NCBI GenBank assembly: GCA_965202805.1
Contig: OZ241869.1
Span: 864,001 to 928,000, forward strand
Reading direction: 5' to 3'
Length of the DNA: 64,000 nt
DNA from: Longimicrobiales bacterium
Lineage (GTDB): Bacteria; Gemmatimonadota; Gemmatimonadetes; Longimicrobiales; Gaopeijiaceae
A model generated the notes under the pieces. That model had not been told where the DNA came from. It saw only the letters and a list, made by a program, of their open reading frames with translations, and made no database searches. Position 1 is the first letter of the stretch, and every line of letters begins with the position of its first letter. Of the stretch, positions 10,537-20,797 are shown one piece after another. Made by a program: the position numbers and the translations under genes.

Positions 10537-11525
10537 CCTCATCCCGGCCCATTACCGAAATCGCCAGCACGGGACGGTTTCTCCCCGATCGTGTCCTCAC
10601 CAACGAGGACTGGACGCGCATGGTGGACACCACGGACCAGTGGATCGTGGAGCGCACCGGCATCCACGAGCGCCGCGTCGCGAGCCCCTGCACCTCCGTG
10701 TGCGACATGGGCGTGGCCGCGGCGGAGCAGGCACTCGAGCGGGCAGGCGTGAGCGCGGGCGACGTCGACCTGCTGCTGGTCTCAACCGCGACCCCGGACC
10801 GGTTGCTGCCTTCCACCGCCTGTGACATTCAGGCCCGGCTGGGGGCCAACAAGGCGGCCGCCATGGACATCTCCGCGGCCTGCACCGGATACCTCTACAT
10901 CCTGGCGCTGGCGGAGGGATACATCGCCAGCGGCATGGGCGAGGTAGTGCTGGTGGTGTCCACCGAGAAGATGACGTCGATCATGGACTGGGAGGACCGC
11001 TCCACCGCGGTGCTGTTCGGGGACGGAGCGGGCGCCAGCGTGATCCGCCGCGCGAACGGCGACCGCGGGATTCTCGCGAACGACATCCGATCCAACGGCA
11101 AGTTTGCAGACCTGCTCCAGAGGCCCGGCGGAGGCGCGCGCCGGCCCTTCGACGAATCCGTTCTCGCGGATCGCTCCCACCTGCTGCTCATGGAAGGCCG
11201 GGAGGTCTTCAAGAACGCCGTGCGCGCGATGTCGAAATCGGCCCGCCTGGCGATCCAGCAAGCCGGCTGGACGGCGGACGACGTCGACCTCCTCATCCCC
11301 CACCAGGCCAACATCCGCATCATCGAGGCGACCGCCCGCTACGCGCGCGTTCCCATGGAGAAGGTGTACGTCAACGTTCACCGCTATGGCAACATCAGTT
11401 CGGCGACCGTTCCGGTCGCGCTCGACGAGGCGCTGGAGCGGGGGCGCATCGGGCCCGGGTCCAATGTCCTGCTCGTCGCCTTCGGAGCAGGTCTGACATG
11501 GGGCGCCACGGCTCTTCGCGTGTAG
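10533..11525 (+). CDS. fabH: 3-oxoacyl-ACP synthase III
   Basis: Catalytic C-H-N triad in AACTG, PHQAN and YGNISS; FGDGAGA motif. Confidence 0.96.
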   Translation: MTSSRPITEIASTGRFLPDRVLTNEDWTRMVDTTDQWIVERTGIHERRVASPCTSVCDMGVAAAEQALERAGVSAGDVDLLLVSTATPDRLLPSTACDIQARLGANKAAAMDISAACTGYLYILALAEGYIASGMGEVVLVVSTEKMTSIMDWEDRSTAVLFGDGAGASVIRRANGDRGILANDIRSNGKFADLLQRPGGGARRPFDESVLADRSHLLLMEGREVFKNAVRAMSKSARLAIQQAGWTADDVDLLIPHQANIRIIEATARYARVPMEKVYVNVHRYGNISSATVPVALDEALERGRIGPGSNVLLVAFGAGLTWGATALRV

Positions 11526-11551
11526 CGGCTTCCAACGCCGATCGTCATCCG

Positions 11552-12502
11552 GTGTCACTGGCGCTCCTCTTCCCCGGACAGGGGTCGCAGTTCCCGGGGA
11601 TGGGACGCGAGCTGGCGGCCGCATATCCGGAGGCTGCCCGGGTCTTCGAGCGCGCGGACGACATTCTCGGGTTTTCGCTTTCGCGCCTCGCCTGGGAAGG
11701 ACCCGGGGACCAGCTGCTGCAGACGCACAACGCACAGCCCGCGATCCTGGTCCACTCTCTCGCCGCGCTCGCGGTCCTCAGGCCGCGGCTGGGACCCGTC
11801 GACTGCGCCGCGGGCCATTCGCTGGGGGAATTCTCGGCGCACGCAGCCGCCGGTACGCTCGGATTCGAGGACGCCGTGCGCGCCGTCCGGCGCAGGGGCG
11901 AGCTGATGCGGGAGGCGGGGCGCGCCCGCCCCGGGGCCATGGCCGCCATCCTGGGCCTGGGAGAGCCCGCCATACGTGGCGTGTGCAATGCCGTATCCCG
12001 ACCGGGACGGGTCTGCGTCCCGGCCAACTTCAACGCCCCGGGGCAGATCGTGGTCAGCGGGGATGCGGGGGCGATCGACGACGTCCTGGTGCGCGCCAGG
12101 GAAGCCGGTGCCCGGAGGGCCATGCGGCTGGCGGTGTCCGGCGCCTTTCATTCGCCTCTGATGAGCGGGGCCGAGGAGGGTTTGCGGAAGTGTTTCCGCA
12201 GCCTATCTTTCGGACCGTCCGAGTTTCCGGTCTTTTCGAACGTGACCGCCGGGGCCGTCCGGGATCCCGGCCTCGCGCGTCGCCTGCTGGTCCGGCAGCT
12301 CACTTCTCCGGTCCTGTGGTCCCAATCGGTCAGGTCCATGGTCGAAAGCGGTGTGGAGCGGTTCGTCGAAATCGGTCCCGGTTCCGTGCTGTCCGGATTG
12401 AGCCGGCGCAGCGTCCGGGGCATCAGCGCCGTTTCCGTAGGCACCGCGAAGGGCGTGCGGAAACTGTTTCCCGATCCGGTCGCGACCGGGAGCGGATCAT
12501 GA
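11552..12502 (+). CDS. fabD: Malonyl-CoA:ACP transacylase
   Basis: LFPGQGSQ, GHSLGE and VSGAFHS motifs; GTG start at 11552 inferred. Confidence 0.95.
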   Translation: MSLALLFPGQGSQFPGMGRELAAAYPEAARVFERADDILGFSLSRLAWEGPGDQLLQTHNAQPAILVHSLAALAVLRPRLGPVDCAAGHSLGEFSAHAAAGTLGFEDAVRAVRRRGELMREAGRARPGAMAAILGLGEPAIRGVCNAVSRPGRVCVPANFNAPGQIVVSGDAGAIDDVLVRAREAGARRAMRLAVSGAFHSPLMSGAEEGLRKCFRSLSFGPSEFPVFSNVTAGAVRDPGLARRLLVRQLTSPVLWSQSVRSMVESGVERFVEIGPGSVLSGLSRRSVRGISAVSVGTAKGVRKLFPDPVATGSGS

Positions 12503-13239
12503 GCGGCGCGCTGGCCGGGCAGACCGCCCTGGTCACCGGCGGATCGCGGGGCATCGGGCTCGCGATTGCACGGGTCCTCGCGTCGGACGGGGCCCGGGTG
12601 GCCATCGTGGACATCGACGACGAAGGGGCGGCCTCCGCCGCGGCTCAGCTCGAGGGCTCCGGTCACGCCGGCTACCGCTGTGATGTCGGAGATCCGCGGC
12701 AGTGCAGCGCCACGGTCGCGGCGGTGACGAAGGCTCAGGGGGTCGTCACGATTCTGGTCAACAACGCCGGCATCACCCGGGACAGTCTTCTCCTGCGCAT
12801 GAAGGACGAGGACTGGGATTCGGTGATCAGGGTCAACCTCACCGGCGCCTTCAACATGACCCGTGCCGCATGCAGGGGAATGATGAAGCGCCGATCCGGC
12901 TCCATCGTCAACATCAGCTCCGTAATCGGCCTGATGGGCAACGCCGGTCAGACCAACTACGGGGCTTCCAAGGCGGGGCTCGTGGGGCTCACAAAGAGCG
13001 TCGCCCGGGAGCTCGCCAAGCGGGGTGTGCGCTGCAACGCGATCGCTCCCGGCTACATCGCAACGGACATGACCGCCGACCTCGACGAGCGCACCACGCG
13101 GGAGCTGGGAACGCGCATCCCGATGGGCCGGCTGGGGAAGCCCTCCGACGTTGCCGACGTCGCGCGGTTTCTCGCTGGACCGGAAGCCCGGTACATTACC
13201 GGTCAGGTCCTGGCCGTGGACGGCGGCATGGCGATGTAG
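12499..13239 (+). CDS. fabG: 3-oxoacyl-ACP reductase
   Basis: TGGSRGIG, NNAGITRD and YGASK SDR motifs; operon context. Confidence 0.96.
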   Translation: MSGALAGQTALVTGGSRGIGLAIARVLASDGARVAIVDIDDEGAASAAAQLEGSGHAGYRCDVGDPRQCSATVAAVTKAQGVVTILVNNAGITRDSLLLRMKDEDWDSVIRVNLTGAFNMTRAACRGMMKRRSGSIVNISSVIGLMGNAGQTNYGASKAGLVGLTKSVARELAKRGVRCNAIAPGYIATDMTADLDERTTRELGTRIPMGRLGKPSDVADVARFLAGPEARYITGQVLAVDGGMAM

Positions 13240-13296
13240 CCCGACAGTTCACTCATTAATGGCGGGAGACCGCAAACATCAGGGAGGAGCAAGGAG

Positions 13297-13539
13297 ATGG
13301 CGGACAGCATCAAGGGCCGGGTGAAGGAGATCATCGTCACTGAACTCGGTGTCGAAGAGGATCAGGTCACGAGCGAGGCTTCGTTCATGGAGGATCTCGG
13401 AGCCGATTCGCTCGACACCGTGGAACTGGTGATGGCCTTTGAGGAAGAGTTCGGAATCGACATTCCCGACTCCGATGCCGAGCAGATGCGCACCGTGGGA
13501 GACGCGATCGGCTACATCCGCAAGGCCGCCGCATCCTGA
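13297..13539 (+). CDS. acpP: Acyl carrier protein
   Basis: [29 protein letters not shown]. Confidence 0.97.
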   Translation: MADSIKGRVKEIIVTELGVEEDQVTSEASFMEDLGADSLDTVELVMAFEEEFGIDIPDSDAEQMRTVGDAIGYIRKAAAS

Positions 13540-13579
13540 CCTCTCTGCGCGGTAGAGGCGCCCGACGGCGCGAGGACAC

Positions 13580-14866
13580 ATGAGCGGCCCTTCGGAGAAC
13601 GGTACCGCCCGGGCAGGCCGGCGGGTTGTCATTACGGGCATGGGGATGATCACTCCCCTCGGCCACGACGCCCCGTCTTCCTGGGCGGCCTTGCTGGCCG
13701 GCACGAATGGCGGTGGCCCGATCACCCACTTCGATGCCGACGACCGCTTCGCCACCCGCATCGCATGCGAGGTCAGGGACTTCGATCCCTCCGGGCACCT
13801 GAACAAGCGGGAGATGCGCCGCTACGACCGCTTCGCGCAGTTCGCCATGGTGGCCGCGGACGAAGCCATGGCATCCGCCGGTCTGGAGGGCTGTCCTCCC
13901 GGTGTCCGCCCGGAACGCTTCGGCGTGATCATCGGCAGCGGGATCGGCGGTGTCGACACCTATGAGACCCAGGTGCGCAAGCTGGTGAAGTCCGGGCCGC
14001 GGCGCATCAGCCCGTTCTTCGTCCCGATGTTCATTCCCAACATCGGATCGGGGCTGGTTTCCATCCGTTATGGGGCCCAGGGGCCGAACCACTCCACCGT
14101 ATCGGCGTGTTCCTCCGGAGCACATGCCATCGGCGATGCCCTTCGCGTCATCCAGAGAGGGGACGCCGACGTAATGGTGGCGGGGGGCGCCGAGGCCGCC
14201 ATCGTGCCCATCTCCATCGCCGGATTCGCCTCCATGAAGGCGATGTCCCGGCGCAACGACAGCCCGGAGACCGCGAGCCGCCCCTTCGACGCCACCCGTG
14301 ACGGCTTCGTCATCGGCGAGGGCGCGGGCTGCCTGGTGCTCGAGGCGCTCGACACCGCCGAAGCGCGGGGAGCGCGCATCCTGGGGGAGGTGGCGGGCTG
14401 CGGGGCCACCGCGGACGCGTACCACATCACGGCGCCGGTCCCCGGAGGCGCGGGCGCCCAGCAGGCGATGCGCCTGGCCCTGGAGGACGGGGGAGTCGCG
14501 CCGGAGGAAGTCGGCTACATCAACGCCCACGGCACGTCGACCCCCTACAACGACGAGGTCGAAACCGCCGCCATCAAGGCGGTGCTGGGAGAAGAAGCGG
14601 CCCGGGCGGCGATCGTGGGCAGCACCAAGTCCATGACCGGGCACACGCTGGGCGCGGCGGGCGCGATCGAATCGGTCATCTCGGTGATGGTGCTGATGGA
14701 GGGCAGGATCCCTCCCACGACCAACTACGAGCACCCCGACCCCGAGTGCGACCTCGACTACGCCACCGACGGCATGGTCGAGAGACCTGTCGAGGCGGCC
14801 CTCTCCAACTCGTTTGGTTTCGGAGGGCACAACGTATGTCTGGCCTTCCGGCGCTGGCACGCCTGA
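13580..14866 (+). CDS. fabF: 3-oxoacyl-ACP synthase II
   Basis: RRVVITGMG, SACSSG, NAHGTST, TGHTLG and SNSFGFGG motifs. Confidence 0.96.
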   Translation: MSGPSENGTARAGRRVVITGMGMITPLGHDAPSSWAALLAGTNGGGPITHFDADDRFATRIACEVRDFDPSGHLNKREMRRYDRFAQFAMVAADEAMASAGLEGCPPGVRPERFGVIIGSGIGGVDTYETQVRKLVKSGPRRISPFFVPMFIPNIGSGLVSIRYGAQGPNHSTVSACSSGAHAIGDALRVIQRGDADVMVAGGAEAAIVPISIAGFASMKAMSRRNDSPETASRPFDATRDGFVIGEGAGCLVLEALDTAEARGARILGEVAGCGATADAYHITAPVPGGAGAQQAMRLALEDGGVAPEEVGYINAHGTSTPYNDEVETAAIKAVLGEEAARAAIVGSTKSMTGHTLGAAGAIESVISVMVLMEGRIPPTTNYEHPDPECDLDYATDGMVERPVEAALSNSFGFGGHNVCLAFRRWHA

Positions 14867-14897
14867 GCGAGCCGTCCCGCGCCTCCCGGAGTCCGCC

Positions 14898-15419
14898 ATG
14901 AGAGTGGGCACGGGATACGACTCGCACCGCTTCGATCCGGGCCGGAAGCTGATGCTGGGCGGCGTCGAGATCCCCGGGGCGCCGGGGCTGACCGGCCACT
15001 CCGACGGGGACGCCGTCGCCCACGCCGTCACGGACGCCTTGCTCGGGGCCGCTGCGGAAGGCGACATCGGAAGCCACTTTCCGCCGGGCGATCCGCAGTG
15101 GCGCGACGCCGACTCCATGGATCTGCTCGGGCGGGTGGTCGCTCTCCTCCGAAGACGGCGGCTGCGGGCGTTCAACGTGGATGTGACCGTGATCTGCGAA
15201 GCACCCCGCATCGGACCGCACGCGGCGAGGATGCGCGCGCGCATCGCCGAAGTGCTCGGGATCGGACCGGGCGCGGTGTCGATCAAGGGGAAGACGAACG
15301 AGGGAATGGGCTGGATCGGCGCGGGCGAAGGGATCGCCGTTCACGCGGTGGCGCTCATCGGCGAGGAGGAGACATGGACGCGACGCTCGACTTCCTCGCG
15401 TCGCTCCCCGCCGGGCTGA
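14898..15419 (+). CDS. ispF: 2-C-methyl-D-erythritol 2,4-cyclodiphosphate synthase
   Basis: MRVGTGYDSH, GHSDGD..HA..DALLGA and DIG.HFP motifs. Confidence 0.93.
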   Translation: MRVGTGYDSHRFDPGRKLMLGGVEIPGAPGLTGHSDGDAVAHAVTDALLGAAAEGDIGSHFPPGDPQWRDADSMDLLGRVVALLRRRRLRAFNVDVTVICEAPRIGPHAARMRARIAEVLGIGPGAVSIKGKTNEGMGWIGAGEGIAVHAVALIGEEETWTRRSTSSRRSPPG

Positions 15420-15994
15420 CCTATCTGGTGCTCGGGGCGGGGGCGGCCCTCGAGAACATCGTGCCGCCGATTCCCGCCGACACCTTCATTCTGCTGGGGG
15501 GCTTCCTCGCCGCGCGCGGGCCGGCGGATGTGGTGCTGGTCTTTCTGGTCACCTGGATGGCCAACACCTCGGGTGCCCTGCTGGTGTACTGGGCGGGACA
15601 CCGCTTCGGCCCGCCCTTCTTCGACACCCGGTTCGGCCGGCTCCTGCTTCAACCGGGGCAGCTCGCGCGCCTGCGCCGCTTCTACCGGCGGCGGGGAACA
15701 CCGGCCATCTTCCTTGCCCGTTTTCTTCCCGGCCTGCGCGCGGTGGTGCCCGCCTTCGCGGGGGTCGCCCGGCTGCCCTTCGCCTCCGTCGCGCCGCCCG
15801 TAACGGTGGCCTCCGCCATCTGGTACGGCGGGCTGGTCTGGCTGGGGTCGGTCGCCGGTGAAAACCTCGACACCATCGCCGAGTGGTTCGCGGCGGCCAA
15901 CCGCCTTCTGCTGGTCATCGCGACCGTGATCGCAGCGGTGATCCTGGCGGCCTGGCTGCGGACCCGCGGGTCGGCCTCAAGCTCCGGGAAATGA
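15374..15994 (+). CDS. DedA family membrane protein
   Basis: LENIVPPIPAD and ARFLPGLR motifs; GAGGAG RBS before ATG 15374. Confidence 0.9.
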   Translation: MDATLDFLASLPAGLTYLVLGAGAALENIVPPIPADTFILLGGFLAARGPADVVLVFLVTWMANTSGALLVYWAGHRFGPPFFDTRFGRLLLQPGQLARLRRFYRRRGTPAIFLARFLPGLRAVVPAFAGVARLPFASVAPPVTVASAIWYGGLVWLGSVAGENLDTIAEWFAAANRLLLVIATVIAAVILAAWLRTRGSASSSGK

Positions 15995-16908
15995 CCGGGG
16001 AGCGGGGAGACCGGGTCGCGAGGGCCTTCCGGGAGGAGCTCTTCGCGGACTACCTGGCCTTCGAGCGAGGCCTCTCGGCAACCACGATGGAAGCGTACGG
16101 GCGCGACGTGGCGCGGCTGATCCGGTATCTCTCGGACCGGGGCATCGTCCGGCCGCAGGACGTCACCCGCCTCGAGCTCCGGGACCATGTGTACTCCCTC
16201 AAGGACAGGGGGCTGGCGCCGACCTCGATCCGGCGTGCCCTGTCGTCGATGCGGGCCTACTTCGCCTTTCTCCTCGAGGAAGAGGTCATCGAGACGGATC
16301 CCACCGAGCAGATCGAGTCGCCGCGCGTCTGGCGAACCCTCCCCGAAGTCCTGGGCACGCGGGAAACGGAGCGTCTGCTGGAGGCGCCCGACCCTTCCCA
16401 TCCGCTGTGCTGGCGCGACCGCGCCGTCCTGGAGCTCCTGTACGCCACGGGCATGCGCGTCTCCGAACTGGTGGGATTGCCCCTGCAGAGCCTCGACCTC
16501 GAGGACCGCACATGCCTGGTGTACGGCAAGGGCGCGAAGGAGCGCATGGTGCCCTTCGGCCGCGCCGCCCGGCGCGCGCTGCTGCGTTATCTGCGGGATG
16601 TGCGGCCGGAGCTGGAGCGGGGCAGGGCCGAGGGAATGGTCTTCCTCAGCGCCAGAGGCCGCCCGCTCACCCGCATGGCCGTGTGGACCATCGTGCGCAA
16701 GGCACGGGACAGGGCCGGGATCGAGAGACCCGTCTCCCCGCACACCCTCCGTCACAGTTGCGCGACCCATCTGCTGGAGGGAGGCGCCGATCTGGCCGCG
16801 GTCCAGGAACTGCTCGGCCACGTCGACATCGCCACAACGGAAATCTACACGCACGTCGACCGTGAATACGTGCACGAGATGCACCGGACCCACCACCCCA
16901 GGGGATGA
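15991..16908 (+). CDS. xerD: Tyrosine recombinase XerD
   Basis: N-terminal SAM-like domain; catalytic R (TGMRVSE), K (GKGAKER), HTLRH, LLGH and Y (TEIYTHV). Housekeeping context. Confidence 0.88.
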   Translation: MTGERGDRVARAFREELFADYLAFERGLSATTMEAYGRDVARLIRYLSDRGIVRPQDVTRLELRDHVYSLKDRGLAPTSIRRALSSMRAYFAFLLEEEVIETDPTEQIESPRVWRTLPEVLGTRETERLLEAPDPSHPLCWRDRAVLELLYATGMRVSELVGLPLQSLDLEDRTCLVYGKGAKERMVPFGRAARRALLRYLRDVRPELERGRAEGMVFLSARGRPLTRMAVWTIVRKARDRAGIERPVSPHTLRHSCATHLLEGGADLAAVQELLGHVDIATTEIYTHVDREYVHEMHRTHHPRG

Positions 16909-16918
16909 TGGCTGACAG

Positions 16919-18724
16919 CTAGCTGCCGCTGCCCGCCAGTCTGAAGAGGTCCGCCTGGGTGTCCGCCTCGCGCACGAGCCGGACCGCTTCGGCCAGGACG
17001 GGATCGCGCTGGATGCGGAAGCGCAGCAGGCGCTCGTCGTCCATGCGCTGAGACAGGGCGATCTCGAGCCGCCAGAGCAGATAGTCCCGGGTCGCCGGAT
17101 CCCCGAGGGTCGTCTCGGGCACCCCCGCATCGCGCATCTCGACGATCAGCGATTCGAGGATCTCCTCGGTGATCACTGCTTCGGCGCCGTCATTGGCGAC
17201 GGCCTGCGAGCGCTCGAAGCCAATTTCGGCCAGCCTCAGCCCGAAGGGGAATTCGGCATCCCTGGCTTCCTCCAGGAGCTGGCGCTCGACGACCAGCAGC
17301 GTGTCGTCTTCGATCTCCAGATCCGGGAAGACCCCGCCGCCACCCCTGAGTTCGCGCCCGGCTTCGGTGGCGAAGACGGGAAACGCGGTGGAATCCTCGG
17401 GGAGCGGCAGCCCGTGTGCGTCCCGCTGGCGGTGCAGCGACCGGCCCAGCGGCGTGTACCATTCTCCCGTCGTCAACTGTAGCTGCCAGCCTTCGGGAAG
17501 CGGCACGACGGATTGAACCACCCCCTTTCCGAAGGTGCGCGCACCGATCACCAGCGCGCGGTCGTGGTCCTGCAGGGCGCCGGAGAGGATTTCCCCGGCC
17601 GAAGCCGTGAAGCCGTCGACCAGCACCACCAGCGGCTTGTCCCCGACACTGGCTCGATCGCGGGTGTACACCGCGTCCTCGTGCTCGCCGGGCCCGCGGC
17701 GCGGGTTTCGGCCGCGCGTGCTGACGATGCGCTTGCCCCGGTCGAGGAAGAGGTCGGTCAGCGTGAGCGACTCGTCCAGGTATCCCCCCGGATTGCGGCG
17801 CAGATCCAGGATGACGCCTCTGGCGTCCGCGACCAGGGCGAAGGCGGAATCCATCTCGGCGGTGGAGCCGCGGGCCACCCGGTCCAGCTGGATGTAGCCG
17901 ACATCCTCGTCCACGTAGCCGGCGTGCACCGACGAGACGTGAATGTTGTCGCGTTCGATGTCGTGGGGGATGGGCGCGGAGAAGCCGTCGCGTTCGACCG
18001 ACACGGTGACCATGGTGCCGGGGGTGCCGCGAATGCGATCACGGGCTATATCGGTAGTCCAGTCCTCGGCGTTCTCGCCGTCCACGCCCACGATCACATC
18101 GCCCACCTGGATTCCCACTCGCTCGGCCGGGAATCCGCGGAAGACCGCGGTGACCGTGACGCGATCATTCAACTGCTGGATCGCCACGCCGATGCCCGCG
18201 TAGTTGCCGGTGGTGCTCTCTCTGAACACCTCGACGCGCCGGGGGCTGAGCACCTCGGCGTAGGGGTCGTTCAGCGCCTCGATCAGCCCTCCGATCGCTC
18301 CCCGCCAGAGCACGGAATCACCGGGAGCGTCGGAACCAGACCGTTTGATGCTGTCGAAGGCGCTCAGAAACCGCTGGTCATCAACGGCGGCAATCCGCAG
18401 GAGTTGCTCGTCCACAGCGGAAATCACCGCGCGAACGTCTTCCCGGTCCGGTGCCGAGTCGGTTGAATCCGCGCCCAGCGTGAACCAGTTCGCCGTTTTC
18501 AGCAACCCGCCCAGGGCCGCCCGCCACAGGGTCGAGTCGGCAGGCGCATCCCAGCTGAAGCGCTTGATGACCTCGAAGGTGCGGAGGAACTGCTGGCCAT
18601 TCACCGTCGCCGGGGCTTCCGCGTCGGGCTGGCCTGTCGATCCGGTTTCCTGTCCGGCGAGGTCGGCGGCCCAGACCGGCAGAGCGAGCAGGAACGCCGC
18701 AAGTATCGATCTCGTGCAGGTCAT
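16919..18724 (-). CDS. S41 family C-terminal processing peptidase (signal peptide, PDZ)
   Basis: DPY, GIGV (PDZ), LDLRRNPGG, TASAGE (Ser) and TFGKG (Lys) motifs. Confidence 0.93.
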   Translation of the reverse strand: MTCTRSILAAFLLALPVWAADLAGQETGSTGQPDAEAPATVNGQQFLRTFEVIKRFSWDAPADSTLWRAALGGLLKTANWFTLGADSTDSAPDREDVRAVISAVDEQLLRIAAVDDQRFLSAFDSIKRSGSDAPGDSVLWRGAIGGLIEALNDPYAEVLSPRRVEVFRESTTGNYAGIGVAIQQLNDRVTVTAVFRGFPAERVGIQVGDVIVGVDGENAEDWTTDIARDRIRGTPGTMVTVSVERDGFSAPIPHDIERDNIHVSSVHAGYVDEDVGYIQLDRVARGSTAEMDSAFALVADARGVILDLRRNPGGYLDESLTLTDLFLDRGKRIVSTRGRNPRRGPGEHEDAVYTRDRASVGDKPLVVLVDGFTASAGEILSGALQDHDRALVIGARTFGKGVVQSVVPLPEGWQLQLTTGEWYTPLGRSLHRQRDAHGLPLPEDSTAFPVFATEAGRELRGGGGVFPDLEIEDDTLLVVERQLLEEARDAEFPFGLRLAEIGFERSQAVANDGAEAVITEEILESLIVEMRDAGVPETTLGDPATRDYLLWRLEIALSQRMDDERLLRFRIQRDPVLAEAVRLVREADTQADLFRLAGSGS

Positions 18725-18961
18725 GGCGATTCGTGTCGGGAAAGGTCGATGGCTGCAGGGTAGACCCCGGAGGCTGTGGACTCGTTCCCGGAGCCGGTTC
18801 GACCCGCATCTGCGTCGTGCGATCAGTTATCGTGCAATCGGATGGATCACCCGGCAACCATCGCGGCGTTTGGCGGACCGCGCGGTTATCATACCTTGTC
18901 GGGAGATGTCCCGCTTGCCGCACTGCGAACCGGAACCCACTCCCATTACGACGTGCCGCTC

Positions 18962-20770
18962 ATGAGCCCGAGACATTCGTCCCCCCTCGTCGCGGGACTG
19001 GCCCAGATGAAGCCGCGCAAGGGAGATGTGCGCGCGAATCTCGACAAGGTCAGCTCGCTGGTCGCCGACGCCGGCAGCGACCACGACCTCCTCGTATTCC
19101 CGGAAACCTGCCTTACCGGGTATTTCCTGCAGGGGGCGGTGGCGGAGCTCGCCTTCAGCGCCGAAGAGGTGGCGGACATGCTGGGCCGCGCACCCGAGGG
19201 CGGGCCGGACCTCGTCGTCGGCTTCTACGAGCGGCATCGACGCCAGATCTACAACAGCGTCGCCTATTTTTCCGCGGGCGGCGGCCGCTACCAGCCGCTG
19301 CACGTCCACCGCAAGATGTTTCTGCCCACCTACGGGCTCTTCGACGAGGCCCGCTTCGTGGAGCCGGGGCGGGAGCTGCGTGCCTTCGACACGCCGCTGG
19401 GCCGCATGGGAATGCTCATCTGCGAAGATGTCTGGCACTCGCTGACCACAGCCGTGCTGGCCCTGGACGGAGCCGAGGTCGTCCTGGTGTCCAGCGCCTC
19501 GCCGGCGCGCGGGTTCCTTGCGGGAAGCGATCGTCCGGCCAGCATCAGGCGCTGGGACCCGATCCTCGAGGGACCGGCGATGGAACACGGCGTCTTCGTC
19601 CTCGTCAGCCAGCTGGTGGGGTCGGAGGGCGGCAAGCTGTTCGCGGGCGGCTCGGTGGCGATCGCGCCCGACGGCACGAACCTGGCGCGCGCTCCGCTGT
19701 TCGAGGAAGGCGTGATGACCGCCGTCCTGGATCGCACCTCGATCGACCGGCACCGCTTCGAGTCGCCGCTGCTCTCCGATCTCGAGCAGCAGCTGCCGAA
19801 TCTGCGCGACGAACTGGCGCGCGCCGGCCGCAGGCGGGGAAGGGAACCGGCGGCCGCGGCTTCGGAGGGGAGGGTGTCCCGGCCGGGCGGCGGCGACGGG
19901 GCCCCGGCGCGCCGTCCCCGAGCGGCAACCCATGGTCCGATTCCAGGCGACGCCTCGATGCTCGACCTAAACCTCGAGCTCACCGAACGCGCCCTGGTGG
20001 AGTTCATCCGGGAGGAGATCGTGCGCCGGCGCGGCTTCGAAAAGGTCGTGATCGGGGTATCGGGAGGAGTCGACTCCGCGGTGTCGCTCTTTCTGGCGGC
20101 ACGCGCGCTCGGCCCCGAAAACGTCACCGGACTGCGGCTGCCGTACGCGACCTCGTCACCGGAAAGCCTGGAGCACGCGGCCATGGTGCTGGACGCGACC
20201 GGCGCGGTCGGCCGCACCATGGACATCACGGCCTCCGTCGACGAGTATGTCGCGCGCCACGAGCCGGACATCACCCCGCTGCGCCGCGGCAATCTCGCCG
20301 CCCGCTTCCGCGCCCTCACCATCTTCGACCAGTCGGCGCTCCTGAGGGCACTCCCGCTCGGAACCGGCAACAAGAGCGAACGGCTGCTCGGCTACTACAC
20401 CTGGCACGCCGACGACTCGCCCCCGGTCAACCCGCTCGGGGATCTGTTCAAGATCCAGGTGTGGGCGCTCGCGCGCCATCTCGGCGTCCCCTCCGAGATC
20501 GTCGAGAAACCGGCCAGCGCCGATCTGGTGCAGGGCATCCACGATCACGACGAGCTGGGCATCTCCTACCACGATGCCGACCCCATCCTGCACTGGTTCC
20601 TGCGGGGCTACTCGCCCTCCGACCTGGTAGGGCGAGGGTTCGACGAATCGCAGGTCGACATCGTCTGGACGCGGTTGAACGCAACCCACTGGAAGCGCGA
20701 GCTGCCGACGGTGGCGGTGCTGTCGTCCACGGCCATCGGGGAATCGTATCTGAGACCGGTCGACTACTAG
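18962..20770 (+). CDS. nadE: Glutamine-dependent NAD+ synthetase (nitrilase-type glutaminase + synthetase)
   Basis: FPE, RKMFLPTYG and ICED (E-K-C triad) fused to GVSGGVDS, GTGNKSE and KPASADL. Confidence 0.93.
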   Translation: MSPRHSSPLVAGLAQMKPRKGDVRANLDKVSSLVADAGSDHDLLVFPETCLTGYFLQGAVAELAFSAEEVADMLGRAPEGGPDLVVGFYERHRRQIYNSVAYFSAGGGRYQPLHVHRKMFLPTYGLFDEARFVEPGRELRAFDTPLGRMGMLICEDVWHSLTTAVLALDGAEVVLVSSASPARGFLAGSDRPASIRRWDPILEGPAMEHGVFVLVSQLVGSEGGKLFAGGSVAIAPDGTNLARAPLFEEGVMTAVLDRTSIDRHRFESPLLSDLEQQLPNLRDELARAGRRRGREPAAAASEGRVSRPGGGDGAPARRPRAATHGPIPGDASMLDLNLELTERALVEFIREEIVRRRGFEKVVIGVSGGVDSAVSLFLAARALGPENVTGLRLPYATSSPESLEHAAMVLDATGAVGRTMDITASVDEYVARHEPDITPLRRGNLAARFRALTIFDQSALLRALPLGTGNKSERLLGYYTWHADDSPPVNPLGDLFKIQVWALARHLGVPSEIVEKPASADLVQGIHDHDELGISYHDADPILHWFLRGYSPSDLVGRGFDESQVDIVWTRLNATHWKRELPTVAVLSSTAIGESYLRPVDY

Positions 20771-20797
20771 GCTGCAGCCCTGGCGGGCCGGCGCTCC

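Noticed and set aside
15991..16908. Tyrosine recombinase as a phage or island integrase
   Set aside because: It has XerD size and motifs, lacks an arm-binding domain, is coupled to housekeeping genes, and has no att sites or cargo.
18962..20770. Nitrilase-NAD synthetase fusion as a novelty
   Set aside because: This is the standard architecture of glutamine-dependent NadE.
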